A stretch of 64,000 bases of DNA, taken from positions 32,001 through 96,000 of the forward strand of contig CAVYTA010000001.1 of NCBI GenBank assembly GCA_963771355.1, written 5' to 3'. The notes under the pieces are model-generated. The model was not told the DNA's origin, did no database searches, and saw only the letters and a program-made list of their open reading frames with translations. Source of the DNA: an uncultured Candidatus Rokubacteria bacterium (GTDB taxonomy: Bacteria; Methylomirabilota; Methylomirabilia; Rokubacteriales; CSP1-6). Position numbers and translations under genes: made by a program. Shown here piece after piece: positions 21,990 to 31,475 of this stretch (position 1 is its first letter; each line of letters opens with the position of its first letter).

Positions 21990-23315
21990 ATGAGCCAGCT
22001 CAACTCCAAGAAGCGTGCGAAGCTGCCCAAGAGCGCCTTCGCCTACGTGGATTCGAAGGGACGGAGGCGACTCCCGATCCACGACGAGCCGCACGTGCGA
22101 AACGCGCTGTCGCGCTTCAACCAGGTGGCGTTCGAGGATGAGGCGGCCAGAGAGCGGGCGCGCAAGCGGCTCCTCGAGGCGGCCAAGAAGTACCGGATCG
22201 TGCCCATCGGCTTCATGACCGGCCAGCTGCGTTCTCAGATGAGCGAGGCGGCGGCCGGGCGGCTGGTGATCGAGCTGGGACAGGTCGGCACGCCCGCCGA
22301 GCTCGAGCGGCGGCTGCGCGCGGCCCTCCGTGACCCCTCGCTCTCGGTCTTGCACTGGTCCGAGTCGGCCGGCACCTATCTCGACGGCGCCGGTCGGCCC
22401 GCCGCGCTGCCGGCCGCGCCCGAGGGGCGGGCCGTGACGCTCCTCGAGCATCAGGGTCGCCCGATGACCGCCCTCGTGCACGACCGCGCCGTCCTGGACA
22501 ACCCGGACCTCGTGAAGACCGTGACGGCAGCGGCCAGGATGGCGGTCGAGAACGAGCGGCTGCGCGGCCAGGTCGAGGCCCAGGCCAGCGAAGCGCGGAC
22601 CCTGCCCACCGGCCATGTGACCTTCCTCTTGACCGATATCGAAGGGTCGACGGGCCTCCTCCAGCGACTGGGCGACCGGTACGCCGCCCTCCTCGCCGAG
22701 GTCCGCGCCATCATCCGGAGCAGCGTGCATCGGGCGGAGGGCCGCGAGGTGGACGCTCGCGCGGATGAGTTCTTCGCGGTGTTCGATCGCGCTCCCGCGG
22801 CGCTCGAGGCTGCCCTGGCGATCGAGCGGAGCTTGCAAGGACGGGCCTGGCCCGATGGAGTCGAGGTCAAGGTGCGAGCCGGCATTCATAGCGGGCGTCC
22901 CACGCTGACCGACTCCGGCTACGTCGGTCTGGCCGTGCACACCGTCGCGCGGATCGGCTCGGCGGCTCACGGGGGTCAGATCCTGCTCTCCGCCGCGGCC
23001 CGGGATGCCGTGGGCCGCGCGCGGCCAGCCGGCATACGCTTCCGGGGCCTGGGCTCGCATCGGTTCCGTGGCCTGCGCGAGCCGCAGACCGTCTTCCAGG
23101 TCGAGGCCGCGGACCTGCCGGCCCGCTTCCCGCCGCTGCGTACCCTCGGGGCATCGGTCGGCGAACCCCGCCGGTGGCTCAAAAAGGTCCAGATGCGAGG
23201 CGGCGCCCGAGAGCCGCACGCGAGACGTAGTCTCTCTACGTTGAGCGTGCGGCCGAGGGCGCCAACGACGCAGATGGGCCTTTTTCAGCCGCCGGCTAGC
23301 GTCCCCAGCGCGTAG
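21990..23315 (+). CDS. Class III adenylate/guanylate cyclase with N-terminal DUF6582-like domain and repeat-derived C-terminal tail
   Basis: N-terminal LPKSAFAY..RRLPIHDEPHVRNALSRFNQ. Cyclase motifs TFLLTDIEGST, VRAGIHSG, YVGLAVHTVARI and GGQILLS. Confidence 0.82.
   Translation: MSQLNSKKRAKLPKSAFAYVDSKGRRRLPIHDEPHVRNALSRFNQVAFEDEAARERARKRLLEAAKKYRIVPIGFMTGQLRSQMSEAAAGRLVIELGQVGTPAELERRLRAALRDPSLSVLHWSESAGTYLDGAGRPAALPAAPEGRAVTLLEHQGRPMTALVHDRAVLDNPDLVKTVTAAARMAVENERLRGQVEAQASEARTLPTGHVTFLLTDIEGSTGLLQRLGDRYAALLAEVRAIIRSSVHRAEGREVDARADEFFAVFDRAPAALEAALAIERSLQGRAWPDGVEVKVRAGIHSGRPTLTDSGYVGLAVHTVARIGSAAHGGQILLSAAARDAVGRARPAGIRFRGLGSHRFRGLREPQTVFQVEAADLPARFPPLRTLGASVGEPRRWLKKVQMRGGAREPHARRSLSTLSVRPRAPTTQMGLFQPPASVPSA
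23170..23296. mobile_element. 127-bp palindromic MITE-like element
   Basis: Terminal imperfect IR GCCGGTGGCTCAAAAAGGTCCAGATGCG / CGCAGATGGGCCTTTTTCAGCCGCCGGC. Nested inner stems GGCGCCC/GGGCGCC, GCCGCACGC/GCGTGCGGC and ACGTAG/CTACGT. Confidence 0.7.
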
Positions 23316-23581
23316 CCGGCCGCGCCCCCGATCAGGCAGAACAGGAGCGAGCGGGTCGGGCTGAGCAACAGCGCGCCCAGGGCGGCCCAGAGGATGGGGC
23401 CGTCGACCAGCGCGCGATCGCCGGTCACCAGGGTCGCGGTCGCGAGCCCCGCGAAGATCGGGGCCGGCATGCGCGCCAGGATCGCCTCGAAGCGCGCCCC
23501 GGCCCGCGGCAGCAGGGCCAGCGAGACCGCGCGGCTGCCGTAGGTGATCGCGGCGATGATCCCGAGCACCAGCGCGCTCAT
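23285..23581 (-). CDS. AzlD-like branched-chain amino acid exporter small subunit
   Basis: MSALVLGIIAAITYGSR...PAPIFAGL. ATGA overlap with the azlC-like gene. Its stop lies inside the palindrome. Confidence 0.72.
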   Translation of the reverse strand: MSALVLGIIAAITYGSRAVSLALLPRAGARFEAILARMPAPIFAGLATATLVTGDRALVDGPILWAALGALLLSPTRSLLFCLIGGAAGYALGTLAGG

Positions 23582-24261
23582 CGCTCGCCTCCGGGTAGGG
23601 CCACGAGCACCGCGGCGACGACGGGGGCGAGGACGCGCAGGTCGGGCCAGGCGAAGGCGACCGCCGCCGTGAGCAGGGCGGCGGCCAGGGCGCGCACGGC
23701 GTGGGAGCGGCGGGTCACCGCCAGCGAGGCCAGCCCGATGAAGAGGACGGGGAAGATCGCGCCCGCCACCTTCTCGACGCCCGCGAGCCCCACTCCCAGC
23801 ACACCGATCAGAGTGCCCACCTGCCAGGCGAGGTAGCAGGCGACGCCCGAGATCAGGAACGTGCGCTCGATCGCCGCCCCCGCGGGCACCCCGGCGCGCT
23901 CGGCGGCGTGGCCCGCGGCGACGGCGAATCCAAAGGTCTCGTCGACGAGAAAGAAGGCCAGGGCCGCCCGGCGCAGCCGCGAGCCTTCGATGCGCGGCCG
24001 GAGGACCGCGCCGAGCACCAGGTGACGGAGGTTCAGCACGATGGCGATCAGCACGAGCGGCAGGATCGTGGCGCCCGCGCTCAGCAAGGCCAGGAGCGCG
24101 AACTGCAGCGCGCCGGAGAAGATGAGCGCCGAGGACGCCAGCGTCAGCGGCACGCCCATGACGGCGCGGGCGGCGGCCCCGTAGAGGGTGCCGAAGACAA
24201 GGATGGCGGCCGCCGCGGGCAGGCACGTCACCAGGATGGCGCGAGTGCCCGGCGCCTTCAC
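23578..24261 (-). CDS. AzlC-like permease
   Basis: FGTLYG, SALIFSGALQF, LNLRHL, FFLVDETFG, W..GTLIG. GTG start inferred. Confidence 0.85.
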   Translation of the reverse strand: MKAPGTRAILVTCLPAAAAILVFGTLYGAAARAVMGVPLTLASSALIFSGALQFALLALLSAGATILPLVLIAIVLNLRHLVLGAVLRPRIEGSRLRRAALAFFLVDETFGFAVAAGHAAERAGVPAGAAIERTFLISGVACYLAWQVGTLIGVLGVGLAGVEKVAGAIFPVLFIGLASLAVTRRSHAVRALAAALLTAAVAFAWPDLRVLAPVVAAVLVALPGGER

Positions 24262-24472
24262 GCGCGGCGCCCGGCGCGGTACAAGGCCTCCTTGATAGCT
24301 GGCGGGCACCCATCGGCATCGACCCGGATCGGCAAGGCGGTTCCCATTGTAGAGCCAAGGCCAGGCACTTTTTCGCTCGAATCACTTCGGCGCCTGTCAT
24401 ACTCCGCGCGTACGATACGATCGCCACGCGAAAACGTTCGATGCTGTCGTTATCGGGCGAAGAGGAGCAGCC

Positions 24473-25546
24473 GTGGCACGCTACGCCGTCGCGCTAGGGG
24501 CCATCGCCCTCGTTGCGCTCACAACCGTCGATCCCTCGCCCGCCGGCGATCTGGGCGACGAGGCCTTCGGCCTGAGACTAGGCCTGGCCCTGGACCGCGC
24601 CTCCACCTTCACGGATGTCACCGCGTTGTCCGCCTCCACCGCGTATCCCTACCTTTCGTCGGTGAACCCGGCGGCGGGCGATTTTCTACGGGAGCCTCCC
24701 AACCAGTTCCGGGTGATCGGGACGCTCACCGGGGCCTATGTGGCGTTCAACAACGGCAGCTCGATCATCGCGGGGGCCGCGAGCGCCACCTACCGCCTGC
24801 CGTCTGCCGGCACCATCCTCGCGTCCTACACGCGGGTCGACTCCCAGGACGTGGAGAGCCATCAGGGGGACCACTTCACCCTGCGCTCGAACGAGCTGCG
24901 CCTCACCTACAGCCACTTGCTCGATACGTGGATCGCGGTCGGGGGCGCGGTTCGTTTGAGCCAATCGAGGCTGGGCTTCTCGAGTCTCTTCTCCGACTTT
25001 CCCCTCCATACGGAAACAGAATCCCTCGGCGTCGAAGGCAGCCTCGGGGTCCTGGTGGCCCCCCACCGGCATTGGCTGATCGGTCTTCAGGTGGCTCTGG
25101 GGTGGACTCGTGGAGAGACGACCGGATTCATAGACTTCCCTCCGGAGCCGTTCGGTCCCGGCCTCACGTCCATTGACTTCAGGGACAACACGCGCTCGCT
25201 GAACATTCGCGGAGGAGTCGGCTGGCGACCATCCGAGAAGTTCGGCGCCTACGCCGATTGGCAGTATTTCCGCCTCAGGAACGAACGGTTCGGATCGAGC
25301 GACGACAGCGCGGAGGTCGGTCGCATGTTCGCCGGGGTCGAATACCTGCCCCTCCAGGTCGTCGCGCTGCGGCTGGGGGGCACCGCCGACACCGACGGCC
25401 AGTTCACCGTGAGCACGGGAGTCGGGTTCTATCCCACCAAGTACTTCCAGGCCGAGCTGGCGTACGTCTACAACGCGTTCCCGGAGATCCGGAAAGAGTT
25501 CGGTCGCGCCCATCTGGTCAGCCTCTCGCTCGCGTTCGTCTTCTAG
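24473..25546 (+). CDS. Outer-membrane beta-barrel protein of unknown function
   Basis: Signal peptide, alternating beta-strand pattern, C-terminal beta-signal ..LVSLSLAFVF. Confidence 0.7.
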   Translation: MARYAVALGAIALVALTTVDPSPAGDLGDEAFGLRLGLALDRASTFTDVTALSASTAYPYLSSVNPAAGDFLREPPNQFRVIGTLTGAYVAFNNGSSIIAGAASATYRLPSAGTILASYTRVDSQDVESHQGDHFTLRSNELRLTYSHLLDTWIAVGGAVRLSQSRLGFSSLFSDFPLHTETESLGVEGSLGVLVAPHRHWLIGLQVALGWTRGETTGFIDFPPEPFGPGLTSIDFRDNTRSLNIRGGVGWRPSEKFGAYADWQYFRLRNERFGSSDDSAEVGRMFAGVEYLPLQVVALRLGGTADTDGQFTVSTGVGFYPTKYFQAELAYVYNAFPEIRKEFGRAHLVSLSLAFVF

Positions 25547-25570
25547 CGCGCTCCTTGGCCGAGGTGAACC

Positions 25571-26857
25571 ATGACGAATCGCGCCTTCCGAGAGACCCGA
25601 GAGCAGGTAGCGGAATCGATCCGAGGGACGCTCGCGCGTGAGTCTCGAGGATTCGAGCTGCGCCTGGCCTACGTCCGCGTGGCCGCTCTCGCCGCCGTGC
25701 TGTGCCTGAACACCGCGTCGATCCGCTGGCCGTGGCTGCAGGGTCTCGACCGTCTTCCGCCAATCAACGCGCTCACGGACGCCGCCATGCTGGCGGTGGC
25801 CATCACCATCCTGTTCCTCCTTCGGCGCGGATGGTACCCCCCGGGCATCACCGCGCTCTTGCCTGCCGTCGACGCCACCTTCATCTTTTGCGCGTACGGC
25901 ACCGTGCTGGCCACCGCCGAGCCGACTCTGTTTGGCATCGGGATGGAGGATGTCGCCGTGTACTGTGCCCTGGTGGCGTTGTCCGGGGGGCTCCGGCTCT
26001 GGCCGGTCTCCGCCGCCTTCAGCACCGCGGCGGCCCTACTCGCCCTCGTCGCCTTGGCCACGGCGAGCGGCAATTCGCTTGGTCTGCATGCCCAGACGCT
26101 GATCGCGATCGCCATCGCCGGTCTATTCGGATACCGACTCACGACCATCGTGCGGACCTCGCTCGACGGCGAAGTCAGTCGAACGATTTTCCGGCGCTTC
26201 TTGCCGGAACACCTCGTCGAGCAGGCCCGGCGGGATCCTCTCGGCGCCATCGGTGAAGCGAGCGTCCTTGACGCCACGGTGCTTTTCACCGACCTCCGCA
26301 ATTTCACCGGGCTCGTCGAGTTGATGCCGCCCAGCCAGGTACTGGACTATCTGAACGAGGTGCAAGGGCTCCTGGCCGATATCGTCACCAAGCACGGCGG
26401 CACCGTTGACAAGTTCATGGGCGACGGCATGCTCGCGGTCTTTGGCGCCCCGCGACGCGTGGCCGATCATGCGCAGCTCGGGATCGCCGCGGCCACCGAG
26501 ATCATATCGTCGGTCGCGGCGCTCAACCGTGAGCGCCGGGGGCGCGGGGAGGCGGCCGCCGAGATCGGCCTGGGCGTGCATACCGGCAGCGTGATCGCGG
26601 GATGCGTCGGGAGTGGAGCGCGGCTTGAATTCACCGTCCTCGGCGATGCGGTCAACGCGACCTCCCGGCTCGAGGGGCTGACCAGGGAGATGGGCGTCAC
26701 GGCGCTGGTGAGTGAGGAGACGGTCAGGCGCGCGTGGAGTGAGACGCGGGGGGTGCGCGCCTCCATTCTGGGGCGATTGACCCGCCGTGGAGAAGTATCG
26801 ATCCGGGGACGCATCGCTCCGCTGTCCGTGTATTCGCTCGAGGGGGTAGCGGCATGA
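25571..26857 (+). CDS. Membrane-bound class III adenylate cyclase
   Basis: About six TM segments, then TVLFTDLRNFT, DKFMGDG, GVHTG and FTVLGDAVNATSRLE. Confidence 0.9.
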   Translation: MTNRAFRETREQVAESIRGTLARESRGFELRLAYVRVAALAAVLCLNTASIRWPWLQGLDRLPPINALTDAAMLAVAITILFLLRRGWYPPGITALLPAVDATFIFCAYGTVLATAEPTLFGIGMEDVAVYCALVALSGGLRLWPVSAAFSTAAALLALVALATASGNSLGLHAQTLIAIAIAGLFGYRLTTIVRTSLDGEVSRTIFRRFLPEHLVEQARRDPLGAIGEASVLDATVLFTDLRNFTGLVELMPPSQVLDYLNEVQGLLADIVTKHGGTVDKFMGDGMLAVFGAPRRVADHAQLGIAAATEIISSVAALNRERRGRGEAAAEIGLGVHTGSVIAGCVGSGARLEFTVLGDAVNATSRLEGLTREMGVTALVSEETVRRAWSETRGVRASILGRLTRRGEVSIRGRIAPLSVYSLEGVAA

Positions 26858-28117
26858 TCGTGTTCACTGGCGCCACGCTGATCGATGGCACCGGCGCCGC
26901 GCCGGTGGCCGATGCCGCCCTCGTCATCGAGGGGGAGCGGATCGTGGCCGCGGGCCCACGTTCGAGCCTGTCCTGGCCCGGGGACGCCGAGGTCGTCGAC
27001 GTGCGCGGGAAGACGATCATCCCCGGCCTCATCGACGCCCACGACCACCTGGCCTCGCACGGCTATGCCCTGGCCACGCGCTTCGGGCTCGACGAGCCGG
27101 CCAGCACGGCGCACCTCCGCACGGCGCGGGTGCTGGCGGAGACGCTCGGCATGGGCTACACCACGGTCCGCGACGGCGGCGGCCTCGATACCGGCTTCAA
27201 GCTCGCCATCGAGCAGGGGCTCATCGCCGGCCCGCGCCTGGTGCTGGGACTCCAGATCGTCTCGCCCACGGGCGGCATCGGCGATCGCGTGAGTCCCTCG
27301 GGCCACGGCCCCTCCAGCCATGGCTGCTGCGGAGGCTATGACCCGCTGCTGCCGCGCAGCATCGCGAACGGGCCGGGGGAGGTGCGCGAGGTGATCCGCA
27401 CCATGGTCCGCGCGGGCGCCGACGTGATCAAGACCGCCACCACGGGCGGCGCGAGCTCGCGCGCCGGCCACGGGCCGCGGGACGCCGCCTTCACGGCAGA
27501 AGAGATGCAGGCGCTGGTGGCGGAGTCGCACGCGCAGGGGCGGCGGGTGATGTGCCACGCGCTCGGGGGCCCTGGGCTCCGCACCGCGCTCATGGCGGGC
27601 GTGGATTCGATCGAGCACGGCTGCTACCTCGACGAGGAGCCGGAGCTGATGGCGCGGATGGCGGCGCGAGGGCATCTTCTTCGTGCCCACGCTCACCGTC
27701 TATGTCTACCACCGGCAGAGCGCCACGCCCCACGTGCGCGCGCGGGCGGAGGACCTCCACGCGCATCACCTGGCCAGCATCAAGCGGGCGCTCGACCTGG
27801 GCGTGCCCATCGCCGCGGGCACCGACGCGGGCGGGCATGGCCATCCGAAGAACGCGCTCGAGCTGCGGTATCTCGTGGAGGCGGGGCTCACCCCGATGCA
27901 GGCGCTTCGCGCCGCCACCCAGTGGGCGGCGCGGTGCCTGGGCCTCGAGCGCGAGCTCGGGACGCTCGAGAAGGGACGGCTGGCCGACCTTGTAGTGGTG
28001 GATGGCAACCCGCTGGACGACGTGACGCGGCTCCTCGACGCGGCGCGGATCGAGCTGGTGATCAAGGGCGGCGCGGTGTGCGTCGATCGGCGGGCGCAGC
28101 GCGCCAGGGGAGATTGA
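26854..28117 (+). CDS. Metal-dependent amidohydrolase (+1 frameshift at about 27668)
   Basis: PGLIDAHDH, DVIK, MCHA and SIEHG, then AGTDAG and GRLADLVVVDGNPL. Confidence 0.88.
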
Positions 28118-28183
28118 CACCGTTCCGGCCCTCGCCCAGACTTGGGGTGGGCGAACACTCACAGCGTCGAGAGGAGGGCTTCC

Positions 28184-28360
28184 ATGGCGAAGGTACTCGC
28201 GTGCGGTGACTTGATGCCGGGCTGCAAGGCCGTACTGGAAGGAAAGGACGAGGCCGAGGTGATGGCCAAGGGCGTGGAGCACGCCAGGCTGGCGCACAAC
28301 CTGACGGCGATCCCGCCCGAGATGGCGGCCAAGGTCAAGGCGGCCATCAAGGAAAAGTAG
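28184..28360 (+). CDS. DUF1059-like small metal-binding protein
   Basis: CGDLMPGC...HARLAH pattern. AGGAGG RBS. Confidence 0.8.
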   Translation: MAKVLACGDLMPGCKAVLEGKDEAEVMAKGVEHARLAHNLTAIPPEMAAKVKAAIKEK

Positions 28361-28394
28361 TTCCTCCGATCTCAACCCGCGGGGGGTGTCACTC

Positions 28395-28426
28395 ACGGGC
28401 GCCGAGAAAACAATCTCGGCGCCCGT
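28395..28426. terminator. 13-bp perfect hairpin without U-tract
   Basis: ACGGGCGCCGAGA-aaacaa-TCTCGGCGCCCGT downstream of the DUF1059-like gene. Confidence 0.5.
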
Positions 28427-28492
28427 CGCGTTCACTATCGGTGACGCCACTGATCGTCGACTTGAGGCGCTCGCGTAGCTTACGCTCGAGGT

Positions 28493-29026
28493 ATGGGCCC
28501 GGGGGACTGGCTGCAGGAGCAGCTCTTCAAGCGCCGGATCGTACCGGTCACGGGCCGGCTGGATCATGACGTCGCCGCGAAGGCGGCCGCGTCGCTGACG
28601 GCGCTGGACGCCGATAGTGACCGGCAGATCGAGCTCCACCTGGACTGCCCCGACGGCGCGCTGGAGGCGGCGTTCGTCCTCATCGACGCGGTCACTGCCC
28701 TCCGGGCGCCGCTGCAGGTCCGGTGCCGCGCCCAGGTGGGCGGCCCGGTCGTCGGCGTGGTCGCGGCGGCGGACCACCGCGCCGCTGCCCCGCACGCGCG
28801 GTTTCATCTCTCGCAGCCGACGGCACGCTTCGCGGGCACCCCCAACGAGATCGCGACGCGGAGCCGGCAGCAACAGGACCTGCTCTGGCAGCTTTATGCG
28901 CTGCTCGCGCGGCGCACCAGCCGGCCCGCCGAGGAGATCGCGGAGGACATGCGGCGCGGGCGCTACCTCAACGCCCGGGAAGCGCTTGAATACGGACTGA
29001 TCGACGAGATCAGCGGCGCCACCTAG
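28493..29026 (+). CDS. ClpP-fold protein lacking the catalytic triad (ClpR-like)
   Basis: LFKRRIV..GRLD, IELHLDCPDG and YLNAREALEYGLIDEI match the ClpP layout. The Ser, His and Asp positions are substituted. Confidence 0.82.
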   Translation: MGPGDWLQEQLFKRRIVPVTGRLDHDVAAKAAASLTALDADSDRQIELHLDCPDGALEAAFVLIDAVTALRAPLQVRCRAQVGGPVVGVVAAADHRAAAPHARFHLSQPTARFAGTPNEIATRSRQQQDLLWQLYALLARRTSRPAEEIAEDMRRGRYLNAREALEYGLIDEISGAT

Positions 29027-29063
29027 GGCGCGCGCAGGAAGCGGTGGGCGCGCCCCTCCCAGT

Positions 29064-29093
29064 TTGACAAGGGCGCGGACGGCAGCCTAGCAT
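29064..29093 (+). promoter_or_regulatory. sigma70 promoter of the aromatic catabolism operon
   Basis: TTGACA-N18-TAGCAT, followed by GGAGG before ATG 29146. Confidence 0.6.
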
Positions 29094-29145
29094 CGGGCCA
29101 AGCGCTCGCACGCCGGCCGCTCCGGACCCAGGGAGGTGGCACCTG

Positions 29146-30198
29146 ATGACCGAGATCCTCGGCTTGGGCATGACGCATTACCCGCCCCTCATCGGCCATG
29201 ACCGCGACATGGCCGGCATCCTGCGCACCATCCTGAAGGATCCGGGCCTGCCCGAGCGCTACCGCGATCCCGCGGGCTGGCCGGAGCCGATGCGGCGCGA
29301 GTATGGCGCCGACGGCGGCACCGCGGCGGCGGCCGCGCATCGGGCCAGCCTGCTCCAGCACTTCCGCCACGCGCGGAAGCTTCTCGACGAGTTCCGGCCC
29401 GAGGTGGTCGTCATCTGGGGTGACGACCAGCACGAGAACTTCACCGAGGACATCATCCCGCCCTTCTGCGTGCTGGCCTACGACCAGATCGAGGCGCGGC
29501 ACCGGACGCGCGACGCCGGGAACAATGTCTGGGGTGAGACCGAGGACACGACGATCCGGCTGCCGGGGCATCGAGAGGCCGGCAAGTTCCTCGCGCGGCG
29601 GCTCCTCGAGCAGGACATCGACGTGTCCTACGCCTACACGCCGCTGCACCATCCCGGGCTCGCGCATGCCTTCCTCAACACCATCCTGTACCTCGATTAC
29701 GACCGCGTGGGCTTCAACTATCCGGTGGTCGCCTTCCAGGTGAACTGCTACGGCCGGCGCGTGATCGCCCAGCGCGGCTTTCGCGCGAGCCTCGTCAACC
29801 CGCTCGCCGACGCCGAGCTCGACCCGCCCTCGCCGTCGCCCAAGCGGTGCATGGAGGCGGGCGCGGCGGTGGCGCGCGCGATGCGGGAGAGCCCGTGGCG
29901 CACGGCGCTGATCGCGTCCTCGAGCTGGTCGCACGCATTTCTCACCGACAAGAACTACCAGCTCTACCCCGACATCGAGGCGGATCGGCGCCTCTACGAG
30001 GCGCTCCGCCGCGGCGACTACGACGCCTGGCGCGCCACGCCGCTCGCGGACATCGAGGCCTCCGGCCAGCAGGAGATGCTCAACTGGTACATGCTCGCGG
30101 GCGCCATGGAGGCGCTCGGTCGCAAGCCCGACGAGTGCGACTTCATCGAGACGTGGATCTTCAACTCCAACAAGTGTTTCGCGGTGTTCAAGCCATGA
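29146..30198 (+). CDS. LigB-superfamily (type II) extradiol ring-cleavage dioxygenase
   Basis: LGMTHYP, WGDDQHENF, GLAHAF, SSSWSH, SGQQEMLNW. Confidence 0.8.
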   Translation: MTEILGLGMTHYPPLIGHDRDMAGILRTILKDPGLPERYRDPAGWPEPMRREYGADGGTAAAAAHRASLLQHFRHARKLLDEFRPEVVVIWGDDQHENFTEDIIPPFCVLAYDQIEARHRTRDAGNNVWGETEDTTIRLPGHREAGKFLARRLLEQDIDVSYAYTPLHHPGLAHAFLNTILYLDYDRVGFNYPVVAFQVNCYGRRVIAQRGFRASLVNPLADAELDPPSPSPKRCMEAGAAVARAMRESPWRTALIASSSWSHAFLTDKNYQLYPDIEADRRLYEALRRGDYDAWRATPLADIEASGQQEMLNWYMLAGAMEALGRKPDECDFIETWIFNSNKCFAVFKP

Positions 30199-31475
30199 CG
30201 ACAGCGACGACCACGCCCGCGGCGGCCACCGGCATCCCCAGGCTCTCCGGCGACATCCGCCACCTCATCCCCAAGCTCGGGCTACGCGAGTACTGGTATC
30301 CCGCCATCGAGGATCGCTCGGTGGGCTCGCGCAAGCCCGTGAAGGTGTCGCTGCTGGGTGCGGAGATCTGCCTCTTCCGCGGCGCCAACGGCGCGGTCGC
30401 GGCCATCCAGGACGTCTGCCCGCATCGGGGCGCGCGGCTGAGCGAGGGCGACTGCCACTACCGCGGCACGGTGGCCTGCCCGTATCACGGCTGGGTCTAC
30501 GACGAGAGCGGCAAGAACGTGGCCGTGCTGTCGGAGGGACCCGACTCCGGCGTGTGCGGCAAGCCCGGCTCCGAGGCCAAGGTGTACCCCACGCACACGC
30601 TCAAGGGGCTGGTCTTCGTGTGGATGGGGGAGGGAGAGCCGGCGCCCATCCAGGAGGACGTGCCCGAGGAGTTCTTCGACGCCGACGCCCTGGTGCAGGT
30701 GGGGCAGGTGTACTGGAAGTGCAACTGGGAGGTCGCGCTGGAGAACTCGATGGACTCGCACGTGAACTACGTGCACCGGAACGCCGTGGTCGTCATGCGC
30801 GGCGGCTTCATCGCCCGCGGCGCGCAGGGCGAGCACCCCATCTTCGTGGGCAATGGCTTCGGCGGCGACGTGGCCGAGAGTAACTACATGCGCAAGAGCC
30901 CAGCCTTCGACCTCTACCCGAACGGCTGGCGGTGGCCCAAGACCAACTACCGCCGGTTCTGGACCTGGTTGACGCGTCCCCTCGCCGATCGCGCGCGCCG
31001 CAATATTCCCCCGCCGGCCTCGGCGCGGTGGTGCGGCGGGCATCACCTGCCCGGCATGTTCCGCGCGGAGTTCGGCTGGGATCTCTACACGCGCATGTGC
31101 GTGCCGGTGGAGGAGCACCTCACCCGCGTGTGGTACTACCACTGCACGCGGCCGAAGAACGCGTGGCGCCGCTTCTGGGACCGGGCGGCCTACGCGACGA
31201 TCCGGCGCTGGATCATCGAGTACAACTTCTCGCGCCAGGACGAGCGGGTGATGCTGCACCAGCGCTACGACACGCCGGAGAAGCTCTCGGGCACCGACGC
31301 CGAGGTCATCGCGTGGCGCCGCCTCGTGGTGACCAAGCAGCATGGCGGCCGCAGCGCCGCCTTCGAGTACCGCAACCCCGACGGCCTCGATCCGAACAAT
31401 GTGCCGCTGGAGCGGGTCTCGGTGCGCTACCTGCAGGAACGGGCGCGGCGGAACGGCGGGACGGCGCGCCCATGA
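30195..31475 (+). CDS. Rieske non-heme iron oxygenase alpha subunit
   Basis: CPHRGA...CPYHGW, ENSMDSHVNYVH, FSRQD. ATGA overlap with the dioxygenase. Confidence 0.9.
   Translation: MTTATTTPAAATGIPRLSGDIRHLIPKLGLREYWYPAIEDRSVGSRKPVKVSLLGAEICLFRGANGAVAAIQDVCPHRGARLSEGDCHYRGTVACPYHGWVYDESGKNVAVLSEGPDSGVCGKPGSEAKVYPTHTLKGLVFVWMGEGEPAPIQEDVPEEFFDADALVQVGQVYWKCNWEVALENSMDSHVNYVHRNAVVVMRGGFIARGAQGEHPIFVGNGFGGDVAESNYMRKSPAFDLYPNGWRWPKTNYRRFWTWLTRPLADRARRNIPPPASARWCGGHHLPGMFRAEFGWDLYTRMCVPVEEHLTRVWYYHCTRPKNAWRRFWDRAAYATIRRWIIEYNFSRQDERVMLHQRYDTPEKLSGTDAEVIAWRRLVVTKQHGGRSAAFEYRNPDGLDPNNVPLERVSVRYLQERARRNGGTARP

Noticed and set aside
23285..24427. 380-aa ORF spanning azlC
   Set aside because: Only the last 98 codons are the AzlD-like protein. 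The rest is a shadow frame of azlC.
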